Assembly: GCF_009914755.1 (NCBI RefSeq)
Contig: NC_060947.1
Strand: one strand, 5' to 3'
Length of the DNA stretch: 64,000 nt
Source of the DNA: the human T2T-CHM13v2.0 reference genome, Homo sapiens
Shown here piece after piece: positions 12,021 to 25,885 of this stretch (positions are counted from its first letter, which is position 1; each line of letters starts with the position of its first letter). Under the pieces are notes generated by a model. That model was given only the letters and a program-made list of their open reading frames with translations, ran no database searches and was not told where the DNA came from. Position numbers and translations under genes: made by a program.

Positions 12021-13399
12021 CCCCTGTTCTTAGTTGAGACTGCCTAAACCAATTCAGGCAGATAAATCTGTATGATGTTTAAGGTTCTCCAAGCATGAAG
12101 ATTGTCTAATTTAGTGATACTATCTTCTAGTGGTTTATTATACCTCTGCAATATCTTGCAAGTCTCTAGAAGACCTCGTAATTTTGAAGTGCCTTATTCC
12201 TGGAGCCAAAAATGTTATTTGGACCACAACTCTGTTACTTGGTCATTACCTCTGACTGGAAGGGTGAATTGTTATTGAAAACATTGAATAGAATTATTAG
12301 TCTTCCTTCTTTCCCACAGTCCTAATGGCTCTCAGCAACCACCAGCTTGGTACCATGGCAATGTCAGAAACCTATCCTAGAAGCACTGGTTCTTGCCTTT
12401 AAATTCTTGCTGGGCCATCTCACTTGCCTCAAATCAATAGATTATAACCATTAAAACCTCAGCTCATTGCCTACCATGTAAGATCACACACTTTAAATAG
12501 AATATATTGAGATGAAGTAACGAACTAGATTTTCAGTGCCCTTAGCCCAAGTACAAAATGTAAAATCTGTTGGTCAGTCTTTCCCAATTTTAAGAATTAT
12601 TTTTCACCTGAAATATAAGAACACACCTTTCAAAAGTTTTAATTGAACTTACAGATCATTAAGATACACAATAGTGTATCATTGGCTCTACTAACACTAA
12701 TTTGGTTACCCATGAAATCTGATGAGTCAATCAAAGTTTAAAAGTCATCTCCTCAATTTTCATTTGACTTAGATAATTAGGAACATAATCCAGCCAGCCT
12801 TTCCAAGTCTCTGAAGGCTGCCTATTTGTCTTTTAAAAGTCAAAAGATATAAACCCCAATAATAGCATTAATTGGTAAGGGAATCAACATTGAGGGAACC
12901 CAGTGCTACTCAGCTAATCTTTCAAAAAGGCTTTCAGCAAGGAAGGTAGCATACCCCAGAAGTAGAAATAATTGATCCTGAGCCCACAGGCTAATACCAA
13001 GGAGGGAAAGAATTATATTGGTCTACTTGGCTGCTTTAATAAAAGAAAATATAAAGATGAGTAAAGCCTTATTATTTCAGCGTATCTATAGTATATTAAA
13101 TTACCTTGATATCACAGTTAATGTTATTAAAATTTGAAATTATCTTTTAAATGCATTTTACGGTAAAGGAAAAGAACAAACCATATGACAAATTTTTCCA
13201 AAAAATACTTTGACAAAAAAATCTAGAAAAGATTATTTTAACAGCTCTCCTTACATCATAGCCATTTTTCTTGGGGTTTGTACAGGATATTTGTGTTCAT
13301 TTCTTGGTAATGGGAATATGGATGAACTTATATTTGAATGCTCTTGCACAAATGTCTTAAATTCTATTATTGAAAAATTATAGGTAAAATGCACACATG

Positions 13400-13736
13400 T
13401 GTATTTATTTACTCAATTTAAGAAATATTTACTGGGCAGCTACTGTGTGCCTAGCACTCTTCTAAGTGCTGAAGTCACATTAGTGAACACAACAGATAAA
13501 AACCCTGCCCTATGAGAGCTTGTAGTAGAGTGAGATGGTGATAAGTGCTAAGAAAAACAGGTGCTGGAAAGTGTTGTAGTAGGAAAGGGTTAAATTTTAA
13601 ATAGCAGAGGTCTCCTGGAGAAAGGAACATTTCAGAAACTTGGGGGAGATGTAGTTATCTGGGGAAAAACCATTCTAGGCACAGAGGCAGCAAGCACAAA
13701 AGCCCTGAGGCCTATTGACTTAAACGTTTGTACTTT
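13400..13736 (+). mobile_element. L2 fragment
   Basis: tttactgggcagctactgtgtgcctagcactcttctaagtgctg and ggaaaaaccattctaggcacagagg L2-type motifs; orientation tentative. Confidence 0.55.
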
Positions 13737-13738
13737 GA

Positions 13739-14074
<336 letters not shown>

Positions 14075-15605
14075 TAGTTTTAATCAAACAGCTCAGTAAA
14101 AAATTCACTGATAATGCTGAAGCTCTACTCCCAATATTTTATAATGTAGAAAGCAACTCAAAATAATATCAATAACACACTAATATGTCTACTTTCTTGA
14201 AAATATCAGGATTTCCAAATTCTGATAGTTTCTCAGTTTTAAGGCATCCTTCCTTTTTTGTTTGCAAGTTGGAACGGTCAATGGTAAATTTAATGCAGTG
14301 TTTTCTTTTTATTAAAAAATAAAATTAATGATATATATCTAAGTTAAATTTAGTCTTAGAATCAAGGATATAAGATACCAGCATGTGCACATTCATATGA
14401 GTCTTGCAGCATTGCTAGGAGTTGTGACGTGGCTATGCTTCTTATAATACTGAATTAGAATTCTTGGAAAATTCTAGATAACATGATTATTTCAATTTAT
14501 GGCTACCAAATTTTAGTAATCCTTAGAAAGCGCTAAGTGGCCTTTAGCTGTATGTTAAGTTAAATATATGAGATTTAATGTCATTTCCCCATAAAAAGCA
14601 AAGAACTTGCATTTCTGGATTGATTTGCAGCTTAACGAGAAGGATTTGGTTACCCATCATTGGCCCATACTCAGTACTTAGGAATCACTATAAGGGATGA
14701 ATCAGAGAGATATTAAGGTCATAGAATCTAGCTGACTAAATATCTGGGAAAGACCGAAAAGGAGGAGTTAAGGATAACTCTCAGGTTTCTGATTTGGGTC
14801 ACTAAATAGAATTCATAGTTTTGAAGCTGTGCTCTGTGTGTTTGTTTACGCTTACTCTAGCCAAGATGGTCTTTTACTCTGGTCTACACCTTTGGCTTGT
14901 GCTATTCCCTGCCATGCCTAAAATGCCCTCTTCTCTGTTTATTTAAATGCTATTCATCCTTTAGTACATAGCTAGAATTCTTTTCTTCCTCTAGGAAGTC
15001 TTTTTTATCTACCCCAACTGACATTGACCCACATAAAAAGATGACAGCCAAAGGTCAGGATTCACTTTAGTTCTTCCCTCTTAGCCCTTTTTCTAGCACA
15101 ACCTTTTATGGCCCTGATGGTGAGTGTGCGAACCTTGTCTTGTATATTTGAGGACGGATGAGATCTAGCTACTATATCATCCCTGACCTTGCATTAGTCA
15201 GATATCTTTGAGTCCAAATGGCAATAAGGGAACGAATAGTCATCTCCAAACTCCCCTGCCCCGGAATAGCACCTGTCCTAAATGACCAAGGAAACACTCT
15301 ACATGTCATTTGTGTGACCATGCTGTCCTTTGGATAGTAAGATTCCAATCTTCCATCAGTAGGGGAAACCTTTTGAACTGTTATTTCCAGCAGTGGTGAA
15401 AGGTTGCACTGGAGTGTCTACTCTTTCAACAAATACCATGTATTCATAAATTGCAATACTAGGAGTTTAGTCTCCAGTTTTCAAACACAGGTTTTTTCAG
15501 ATCTAAAGCTATCTGGAACATGTTGGGATCAAACCAGCAAACTCGGCATCAGCACCACATGCTAACCCACTGAACTTTTAATAATGTGTGAACTTTCTTT
15601 AACAG

Positions 15606-15773
15606 GTCTGAACCATGAGATAGCAATCGATGTTGCTTTCCTACCCATGTATTGTCCAGAAGATATTCGAACATCTCAAATAGACACACTGTTGACCTCC
15701 ATGAATTACAGCTGTGCATATCCACAGGACACAACTGGAAATGACCGATTGCCAGGTCCAAGAGCGGTTGCAG
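15606..15773 (+). CDS. RADX: RADX penultimate coding exon, 168 bp, phase 1-1
   Basis: tttctttaacag|GT acceptor and GCAG|gtaaaa donor; encodes (G)[24 protein letters not shown]...PRAVA in frame with the flanking exons. Confidence 0.93.
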
Positions 15774-17104
15774 GTAAAACAATCTCAGTGTTCTTTTCAC
15801 TCAGAAAAAAAAAAAATTATAAACAGCCCTAGCCTTAAGATTTTATTATGTAAACAGTTTTAGCCTTAAAATTTAGTGTAGTTTTAATTAAAGGGTTATT
15901 TGGTAAATGTTCCCCAAGACTTATAAATGAGAATATGTCTTTTAAATAAATTGAATAGCTGTTTCTACTCTAGGCTAGCATTAAGAATATTATCTTATAA
16001 TAAAATACAATTCCAAGTATAATTATTTCATCAGACATAAGTGGTATGCACATGGAACAGTACAAATTCTACTCTTTTCTTCCTTTTTCTCAGGCGACAC
16101 AATTTGTCCTTTCACCTTGTAATTGCCTGAAATTACAATAACTCTATAGTATAATACAGTAAAATTATTCTCTCTTATAAATGTTTAGTTATTCCAGTGC
16201 TATGCAATAAATTTCTTGAGAACTGCTAGGAGCATATGTATTCCCAATAGTGAAACTCTTCAACCAGCTAATTGTTTAGGTTGCTGCATAATATACTGAA
16301 CTCTAAATTGTCTCTATGTACCTATAAAATTATCTGTCCAATTATAATTACCCCATTCACGTTTTTCTGTTATTTCTAATTCCTAATCATGTGGTAAAGT
16401 TTCTAGCAGTTTTCATTGAGCTTATCAGGATATTACATTTAAAATGGCTTTTAAGAAAGGCCTTATTATCTTGGGATTTTGTGGTGGGTCTTTCTAAGCT
16501 GATGAAACTCTTGAGTGTATGTTGTTTTTGAACAAGTCTTATGAGCTGTGCCTGATGACAAAGTAATTTGGGGCAGTAACAGTTGCTGCAAATTGAACTT
16601 GGGTACCTAATTTTATAAGAGATGATTTTTTTTTTATTTTTCCCACAGTCCATTTTAGAGATGATATACACTTGCCGTATTACTTTCTACATTGGAGCTC
16701 CTTAGACTTTCAGTAATTTCACATTTCTTAATTAGTGCCCTAACATGCAGCTTAAATATTTGTGCACTCATGTATGCTCATGTTTCATATAATATCCACT
16801 TATGTTACATGTCTTCTGCTGTATGTCTACACTACTATTGATATAAAATACCAGTTCAGTGTTCTCAGCTAATTGTTTAGTGCTAGTGCCAGTATTCTTC
16901 CAGTAGTCACTAACATGGTCATATGAAATATACCTGGTACCCTTCTGACAACGCAGGTAATATTTGAAATGTGAAGGACAAGAATCACTAGGGAAGACAA
17001 ATTAATTGGTAATCACAAACAAAGTGGTTCATTTTGAGAGGAATACCATGTTTTTCATGACATAGCATTAATAATAATATGTATAATATAATAATAATAA
17101 TAAT

Positions 17105-17285
17105 AATAGTGTTCATTTAACTCTGTACCAAGCACTGTGCCTGGGCATTTTATATGGTACAGCTAATCCTAATAAGAATCTCACAAAGTGAACCTTATTA
17201 TCCCCTATTTATAGATAACTAGACTGAAAATCAGAGAGATTCACTAGCATGAGTAAGCTAGATTTTGAAACCTGATCCGATTCCA
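17105..17285. mobile_element. MIR SINE
   Basis: attatcccctattttatagataactagactgaaaatcagagag MIR core-like motif. Confidence 0.6.
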
Positions 17286-17399
17286 AACTTTTTCTTTCCT
17301 TTCATGATTCTCAACTGAAAGATAAAAATAGTTACAAAATGATATAATGCAGTGTCTCATGGTATAATACTAGTGTCATCTTTCAAACATTCTTTATAG

Positions 17400-18545
17400 T
17401 TTCTTTTTTATTACAAAAGCTATACACATTAATAATTTAAAAATTCAAATAGTACACAAAGGTACCAGGTAAAAATGAAAGCTCCCCTCCTTGCCTTCCC
17501 AGGTCCAGCCCTTTCCACCAACTCACTCACCTATTCTCAGGAGATAACCAGTATTATTTGAACTCTTTAAGAAATGATTTTTGCTTATGAAAGTATGTAT
17601 TCTATTGCTCTCTCTCTTTCTCGAATAAATACACAAAAATGGAATTAGTAAACATATGGTTCTATATCCAGCTTTTTCCCTTTGACAGTATGTCTTTGAC
17701 ATATTTCATATTAGTATATAGAAAGCTACCTCATTCTTTTTAATAACTACAAAGTATTCCACTGTGTGGATGTGCCAAAATTTATTTGACCAGTCTCCTA
17801 CTGGTAGACATTTAGATTGTTTCTAAATGTTTTTGCTATTAACAAACAGTACTGCATGAATATCCATTATGTGTTGTGTGTGTGTCAATAAAATCTTTAC
17901 ACTTGTTTCACTTAAGATAATGACCTCCAGTTCCACCCATGTTCCTGGAAAAGACATAATTTCATTCTTTTTATGGCTAAATAGTATTCCACAGGGCATA
18001 CTTATACAAGAGATATGTAACTTTGGTAGATACTGTCAAATGGTTCTCTAAAATGGTGATGCTAATTTACACTAGAACCAAAAGCAAGAGTGCCACTTTA
18101 CTCATGCCCTTGTAAAAACTAGATATTATTGGTCTTACTAATCTATGGTGGATAGATAAGCAAAAATATATATTATTATTTTGATTTGCATTTATCAATT
18201 TCTGAGCTTTAAAATCTTAATACATTTCTTGGCCATTTATATGTTTTTTCTTTCTATGCTGGTTTTACCTTTCATTTGTCTCTATTTTTTCTTAATAATT
18301 TGTAAGTTCTCTTTGCATATTAAAGAAATTAACCTTTTATCATGTGTTACAAAGATTTTTACCCAGTTTGACATTGTTTCAATGGGATGTTTGTTTTGGT
18401 TGTTTAAGTAATTTTACTCATATGTACTCAAATACACTAGACTTTTTATCTTGTAGCTGCTGGTTTTATGTCATACTCAGGCATCACTCAGGTCAAGACT
18501 ACATTTTTTTGAATTCACTGTCTTTTTCCAGCACTTTTAGAGCTT
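17400..18545 (-). mobile_element. Degraded L1ME/L1MC 3' region
   Basis: Antisense old L1 motifs (cattctttttaataactacaaagtattccactgtgtggatgtgcc; ggtagacatttagattgtttc). Confidence 0.65.
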
Positions 18546-18564
18546 CACCCATATATACTGATAT

Positions 18565-18802
18565 ATTTTTATTGCGATAAAACATACAGGTCAAAATTTA
18601 CTATTTTAACCATTTTATATGTACTATTCAATGACACTAAGTACATTTACAATGTTGTGCAACCATCACCACTATTCATTTCCAAAACGTTTTCATCATC
18701 CCAAACAGAAACTCTGCACCCATTGAACAGTAACTCCCCATTCTCCCCTCTCCCAATCCCTGGGTAACAGCTATTCCACTTTCTGTCTCTAGAAATTTGC
18801 CT
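18565..18802 (-). mobile_element. L1MB 3' end
   Basis: aagtacatttacaatgttgtgcaaccatcaccacta...aactccccattctcccc. Confidence 0.8.
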
Positions 18803-18826
18803 GTTTTTCATTCCTTTTTGTGGCTA

Positions 18827-20707
18827 TGGCTGAGTGATGGTCTTGGACAAGATCCAGGAGAATTCTCTGAACTACCAGGAAGAAACTCTTGTTTTCTTCC
18901 CTTATTTTCTCCCAAAGATACTCTCTCTCTCTCTCTCTCTCTATTCTGAGCCACTTGAAGCTGAGGCTGGAGTGACACAAGCTGCCCTGTAGCCACCACT
19001 ATGACTGCACTGGGTCAGACCTGAAGCCAGCACCACTCTGAGTCTGGCCCAAGGCCTGCTGTAACCACTCCCTGGCTACCACCTATGTTCGCCTTATGCC
19101 CTAGGGCTCTATAGTCAGGCGGTGGCAAAGCCAGACAGGCCTGTGACCTTCCCTTCAGTGCAGCTAGTTCCTCCAGTCCACAAGCAGGTCCAGACGTGCC
19201 ATCCAGGAGCCAGTGACTAGAGTCAAAAATCTTAGACGTCTACCTGGTATTGTATTGCACTGTAGGTGAGCTGGCTTTCAAACAATACACAGTCCCTCCC
19301 CCTCTTTGCTTCCCTTTCCAAAGGCAGGAGGGACCTCATCCATGGCTATCAGCACCACAGGCCTATGGGGAGCACTGCCAGACCTCCACCAATGTTTGCT
19401 TAAGACCTATGGGCTCTTCAGTCAGCTTGCGGTGAATGCTGCCTGGCCTGGCACTCACCCTTCAGGGCAGTGGGCTCCCCTCTGGCCCAGGGCAGGTCCA
19501 GAAATACCATCTAAGAGCCAAGTCCTGGAATCGGGAACCCCAAGTGCCCACTTGTTGCTCTACCTCCCTGTGGCTGCGCTGGTATCTAACATGCAAGACA
19601 AAGTCCCCTTTTCCCTCTGCTTTTCGCAAGTAAATGGAGTCTCACCCCAAAGCCACCACAGCTGAGAATGTGCTGAGTCTTACCTGAAGCCAGCCAGTCT
19701 CAGAGTCTCACCCAAGATCCTTGACATAGTACCTGAGGTATCACTGCGGGTTATTCAGGGCCCAAGGGCTCTTCAGTTAGCAGGTGATGAATACTGCCAG
19801 GATTGGATCCTTTCCTTCAAGGCACTGGGTTCCCTCCTGGCCTAGAGTGTGTCTAGAAATAACATCTGGGAGCTAAGGCCCGAAACGATGTCTTCACGAC
19901 TGACTGGTGCCCTATCCTGCTATGCCCTATCTTGCTGTGTCTTCTTTGGAGAAATATCTATTCAAATGCTTTGCCCATTTCTTCCCTCTCCTCTCCTCAA
20001 GCAGAAGGAAGGGGCCTCTTTGGGAGCCATGGGCTGTGCAGCCTGGGGTTAAGGGAGGGGTGATGCCAGCACTTCCTTAGACACGCTGGCTGATGTCTCA
20101 GTAGGTTGTGTCTCCCCCCCATCCCCCCCCACACACACACACCGCCCCTGGTACACTGTCTCTGAGTCCAGTTCAGCACTAGGACTCTCCTAGGAGCTGC
20201 AGTCCTTGTAGCCTAGACTGCCTTTCCAGTTTATTTAGGACCTCAGAGCACTTTAGCTCATGGTGGTGAGGCTTGTGGACTGCTGGGATTAGTGATTCCT
20301 TTCTAGCTAGTGCTGGTTTCAATGCTCCATCCATGAGCAGGCATCAGCTGAATTTGGTCCACTTTTGCTTTCTGCTGTAACAAGGGCAGCACTGAGTTCA
20401 ATGCCTCACAATTGCTGGATCTCCCTCTCCCCAGGGCACAGAAATGCTCTCTGTACCCTGCCATGGCTGCACCGGGGTGGGGGGTGGTATTGGTGATTCA
20501 GGAGTGTTTTTTCTACCTCTTCAGTGCCTCTTTCAGTGTTATGAAGTTAAAACCAGGTACTGTGAGTGCTCACCCGACTTTTGATTCACATGAAGGTGTT
20601 TTGTGTGTGTGTGTGTGTGTAGATAGTTGTTAAATTAATGTCCTTGCCAGGGGAGGGGTGGGAGACGATTGGTGGAGCCTTCTATTCCGCCCTCCTGCTC
20701 TGCCTCC
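18827..20707 (-). mobile_element. Isolated L1MA/L1M1-type 5'UTR (about 1.9 kb)
   Basis: Reverse complement begins ggaggcagagcaggagggcggaatagaaggctccacc and is homologous to 28891-30700. Confidence 0.85.
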
Positions 20708-20721
20708 AATCCCTCAACTTG

Positions 20722-21085
20722 ATCTCATTTCCTTTGGATACATACCCAGTAGTGGAATTGCTGGATTAAACGGTTATTCTATGTTTCACTTTTTGAGGAA
20801 CTGCCAAGCTTTCTCATAGCAGCTGCACTATTTTACATTCCCACCAGCAATGCATGAGGATTCCAGTTTCTCTACTTCTTCACCAGCACTTGTTTTCTGT
20901 TTTGTTTTGTTGTTGTTGTTGTTTTAACAACAGCGATCCTAATGGATGTGAAGTGGTATCTCATTGTGGTTTTGATTTGTTTTTCCCTGATTACAAATGA
21001 TGTGTTAAGCATCTTTTCATGTGCTTGCTGCCCATTCGTATGTCTTCTTTGGAGAAATATCTACTCAAATGCTTTGCCCATTTCT
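20722..21085 (-). mobile_element. L1MB continuation (ORF2 end)
   Basis: catttcctttggatacatacccagtagtggaattgctgga...ttggagaaatatcta. Confidence 0.8.
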
Positions 21086-21186
21086 GAATTTGATTTGGGT
21101 GATGTTGATATGGCTTCATCTTTACAACTTAAAATTTTAATCCATTTGGAATTTATTTTTGTGTAAAGAATGAGATAGGGATCTTT

Positions 21187-21534
<348 letters not shown>

Positions 21535-21734
21535 TCATTTATTGAATACTGATTACTGATATGATATCCTACTTGGTGTCATCTTTAACTTTGAAGTCCA
21601 AGGATATCATTTTGGAAGTACAGCATGGTATGGAAATGTTTTAACACATCTAAGAAAACAATTTTATTATTCTCTAGGTAATCAAGGTTTCCCTTATTAG
21701 TTTCAGAGACAGGAATACCACACTGTATTACAAT

Positions 21735-22125
21735 ATCTATAGGACTATGCTCAATTACAAAGCAACTCTAAAGTCACAGACACTTTAACTCAAGAAGTTT
21801 ATTTCTTGCTCAAGTCTGATGCAATCAGTCATCAGCTCTCTTCCCAACAGCAATTCACGAATCCAGTCTGCTTCCATCTTGTTGCTGCCTAAGCAGGAAA
21901 AAATGGCTTCTAGGGTCGTCAAGGCAGAGGAAGAAAGATGAAGGAGATGCTGGCTTTTAATTATGCTGGACCAGAATTGACACATTACTTCTACTTGCAT
22001 TCTCATTTGCAAGAACTAAGTTACATGATCCCAGCCTAGCTACAAGGGAAGCCAGGACACTGTTTTTTCCTGTGACCAAAGAGAGGAAATGGAGTGGAGA
22101 ACACATAGTGTTGCCTTTGTCACAC
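21735..22125. mobile_element. Degraded MLT1-type MaLR LTR
   Basis: aagtttatttcttgctca...ttccatcttgttgct...cacattacttctacttgcattctcatt motifs. Confidence 0.5.
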
Positions 22126-22730
22126 TTAACTTATGCATTTGTAAGCTTCCTAAAAATGTATAATTTTTGTAATTCTAGCAATTTAAAATGAACCGAAGAG
22201 TAGCTCGTTTTATTAGGTAAAATCTATAGTCCTTTTTAAAGAATTTTTATGATATAAATACTATCCTAATTTCATAATAGGTTTCCTTAAGTAAAGATTA
22301 TCACTGCTAATATTTAATGAGTGTTTGCTGTGTGTCAACTACCATTCTAAATGCTTTATGTGTATTCAATCCTCAAAATACCCTATGATGTAGGTACTAG
22401 ATAAGCAAATTGAGGCATAGAGAAGTTGTCATTTGTTCAAAGCATTACACAACTAGGCAGAATTACCTGAACAGCTGAACAGAAGACTTATTTATATTTT
22501 ATGTTGTGGATAGAAGTAAGTCATTGTTCATAAAAGTCAAAATACGATAACAATTAGAATTATCTGTTATCATCAGATCTCAAGATCTTGAAATCTTTCC
22601 AAAGCATCTGGATTAAAGTCCACCCCACTCAAGGCAAAAGAAAATTATATAGTACTACCAGTTGTAATCATTATGATTTAGTGAACTTATACAATTTTAA
22701 ATCATTAATTAGATCTTTTGATAAGTCTAG

Positions 22731-22882
22731 CAGAGATGGATTTACTGTGACGCTAATGTAGCCTAAATTTGCACAAATCCCTTCTAAAACCCATTTGGCA
22801 TTCTTACGTATTTTGTATTTTTTCATTAAAAAGTGCCCCCAAATAGTATACCCTTGGGGTCCCACAAAACCTGGATCTACTA
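22731..22882 (-). mobile_element. MER53-like hAT MITE
   Basis: gcccccaaatagtata...cccacaaaacctggatc terminal motif. Confidence 0.55.
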
Positions 22883-23059
22883 CTATATTTTAGCACAGTT
22901 TTGTAGAGATGTAGCTCTAGCATAAAAGATTAAAAGCATATGCCTTCATGCCAGCTTGTCTGGATAAGAATCACCATGTGACTTTGCTTGTTACTTAACC
23001 TCTAATTGTTTTCATTTTCTTATATTGAAAATAAAGTATTTTTATGCGTAGCCACTAAA

Positions 23060-23935
23060 GTCTGTGATGCATTATCTTAGCAGTAGTCAGCTAGTGTTTT
23101 GACAGTTTCCTTAAACACCTGGAGCCCAGAAATGAAAAAGAAAAAATATATTCTCCCAGTTTTTGTAAATTGACCTGGAGTGGTGGCACTCCTTCGACAC
23201 TTAGCCAGGCCATTTACAATTCTGCCTTAGCCTTCACTTCCTGCTTGCTCAGAGCATGAAGGTCAGCCACAGATGAGTGATTAGAGTCTTCTCAGCCTTT
23301 TTCTGACCATATGTCTGCCCTGGGTATGCATGTGGCCTTCTTGATTCCCCGTTGTACAAAGGAGTTTTTAAAGCCCACTTTACACCACATATATCTTTTC
23401 TCAGCTTCTTCCTGCCCAGGATTTTTTGGTTTGCTTCTTGCTTGTCCCAACTTTATAACCTGCCCAGCTGCACTGGCTACTATTTTTGTCTTTAAATGCG
23501 TTCAGCAATGCCACCACCAGAAAAGCCATCCCAGCTGTGGGAATGCTCCAAACTGGGTAAAACAAAAGTAAACCCTTGCATCTTCCTTGAGGGAGCTACT
23601 GTAAAGATGAGAACACACAACCACATCTTTGAGAATAAGGTCTGCATTGCTCCCTTTGGTACTAGCAACCTGCACCAGAAGTGCAAGCAGCCATCTTCAT
23701 GACTGCCCCTTATCTGCGGAGTGAGGAGTGATAGGCAGGCAATTTAAAATACCACAGCACACTCTACCCACCGTGTAGCAGTTTATTTCTTTATTAATTT
23801 TTCCCTAGTTGCTCTAAGTTTTTGTCTAGATTCTAGAGTTCTGCAAAAGTTGATTCTAAGAGTTTTTGTCAGCTTATAAGATGCTTTATAGAAGGACAGG
23901 GCCCTGGAACTCGTTACTCTGCCATGTCACTCACC
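23060..23935 (-). mobile_element. Old L1M4/L1MC 5'-region fragment
   Basis: gccatttacaattctgccttagccttcacttcctgcttg...aaagttgattct motifs. Confidence 0.55.
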
Positions 23936-24570
23936 TGATCCATTTTTTTTTTTTTTTTCTGAGAAGCGAATTGTCTTACTGGAGACCTGATACATTTTTC
24001 ACAGAGTTTCTCAAGAGTATCCAAAGATAAGTTTTAATTAATAAAGCCACTTTAAAGGAAATACACTTTAAAAGATGCATCAGTTACACATATACACATA
24101 TGTATACATATATTTATGCGGTAAAATATATAAGGCAAATACAGTTTTGCTTTATGGCTTATAGTTTTACAAAAATATTGATAATTGAATTTCAAAATAG
24201 AAAACTTTATCTTTGCATTCCTTTGAAGTATACCAATAAGCTATTTATTTGGAACCTTACAAATGACCTTGAAGATATCTGGATTTATTTTGCTCCACCA
24301 AGAACAAAACAAAAACCCGAAAACTAAATGTGGCTTTTGAATACCAGTTCATGCCATGGCAGTTTTGGTGTATCTGTTTGATATGTTCACCTTTATCTGC
24401 AGAAGTTGCCATATAATTTTGGTAAATGCATGTAATAAATTGGAGGGAAGAGGGAGAGGATGGGGCACAGTGTTAATATTATAAGAAAAAAATTAACAGC
24501 TTATGTGATACTAAAGTCAAGTAAATATTTAACTATTTTACAGTACTTACCATCTGCTTTTTACTTTTAG

Positions 24571-24701
24571 GTGATATTATAAAAGCAGCAACTGAACTGG
24601 ATAGAGTGCATATCGTCGGTATCTTGGATATCTGTAATTTGGGTAATAATAAAGTGGAAGTCTATTTGCACAAGATTTATAGTCCAGAGAATACTTCTTA
24701 A
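24571..24701 (+). CDS. RADX: RADX terminal coding exon: (G)[42 protein letters not shown]
   Basis: ctttttacttttag|GT acceptor, phase 1, TAA at 24699-24701; matches my recollection of the RADX C-terminus; absent from the ORF track (short, no ATG). Confidence 0.92.
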
Positions 24702-25885
24702 AAGTTAGCAAATGAAATTATTACAGATTATACGAGTGTACTGCTTTAAAGATATTCCATCATTTTGCTGGTAATTTCAGTAACTGTTTTCAGCAAGAAT
24801 ATTACATGAGCTCTAAAGTTATTAAGCAGTTTTATGTTCGTTTTGTGTTTAGGGAGCTTTTTAAAACACTTCATTTCAGATTCATTATTGAAAAAGGTCA
24901 TCAAAATAATTTTTGTGTATAAGGGAATTTACCTTGCTTACCTTACTAGTATGACTATTATCTTGACTTCTGGTAATTTATGTTCACTATTCCATTTGTG
25001 AAGTGTACTTTCATTCTAAAGCCTCAGTATAAGGCATCCTAACTTACAAGAGTAACTTTCCATGGACATTTAACATCCTTCCAATTTTATTCACATATAA
25101 TGGGAAATTTTGAATTGCCAGTTTGAAGACTGTTCTCCTAAAGTGTTCAACCTGCACTTCTTACAACCAAGGTAGTTTGTATCATTTTCAAAAGTACACA
25201 TTATTAGGGTCTAGTTGCCCCTGGTCCTTAGCTTGCTCAGCTGCAAAATAAGCGTGCTAAATTAAATTGTCTTAAGGTTTTTCCACTTCATTTTGTGACT
25301 TTGTGTGGTTCGAATTTCTCAGTATTTTAACCAGTGTGTTGATGTTAAAGTCAAAGGCTGCAGTATGTCTATATTCTTGCTGTACTCATTGGTAGTTTCA
25401 GTATATGTAATGTGAGTTTAAATAGTGAAATTGTATCTCATATTAACATTTCAAATGCTCATATTGAAAATGGAAAATAGTAAACACGGGAATTGATTTT
25501 ATTCTGGTTGTCTATAATACTTCATTTTAAATGTAAATGGCCACTCTGCATTTGCAAGGCCCGGTGGTTGACATCTGTGTGGTTTGTTAGATGAGACAAA
25601 ATGACCATTAAATGAGTTTATAGATTATTCTGTATCAAGATAAATCTGATTCCAGTTAAGCTATAAACTTGTGGGATTTTCTTGTAGCCCTATAGTTCTG
25701 TGACTTCATTTGCTATACGCTTTAAATGTGTTGAGCAGCCTATGAACCTAAAGACATACTGCAGTTTGTTCATAAATGTATTCAGTCTTTTATTCTTTAT
25801 AATTGTGTGTAAATGTTAACTAAACAGTGGATTCCTCTCGTGTTACAGTTTTGAGTGAATTATTAAAGAAGTTAAAATGCAATAA
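24702..25885 (+). other. RADX: RADX 3'UTR (3' end approximate)
   Basis: Repeat-free AU-rich sequence after the stop codon, ending near ATTAAA with a U/GU-rich downstream element. Confidence 0.65.
25862..25867 (+). terminator. Candidate RADX polyadenylation signal ATTAAA
   Basis: ATTAAA with upstream TGTA motifs and downstream ttttggtctcctgtctc...tgtgttt; other ATTAAA copies near 25261 and 25607. Confidence 0.55.
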
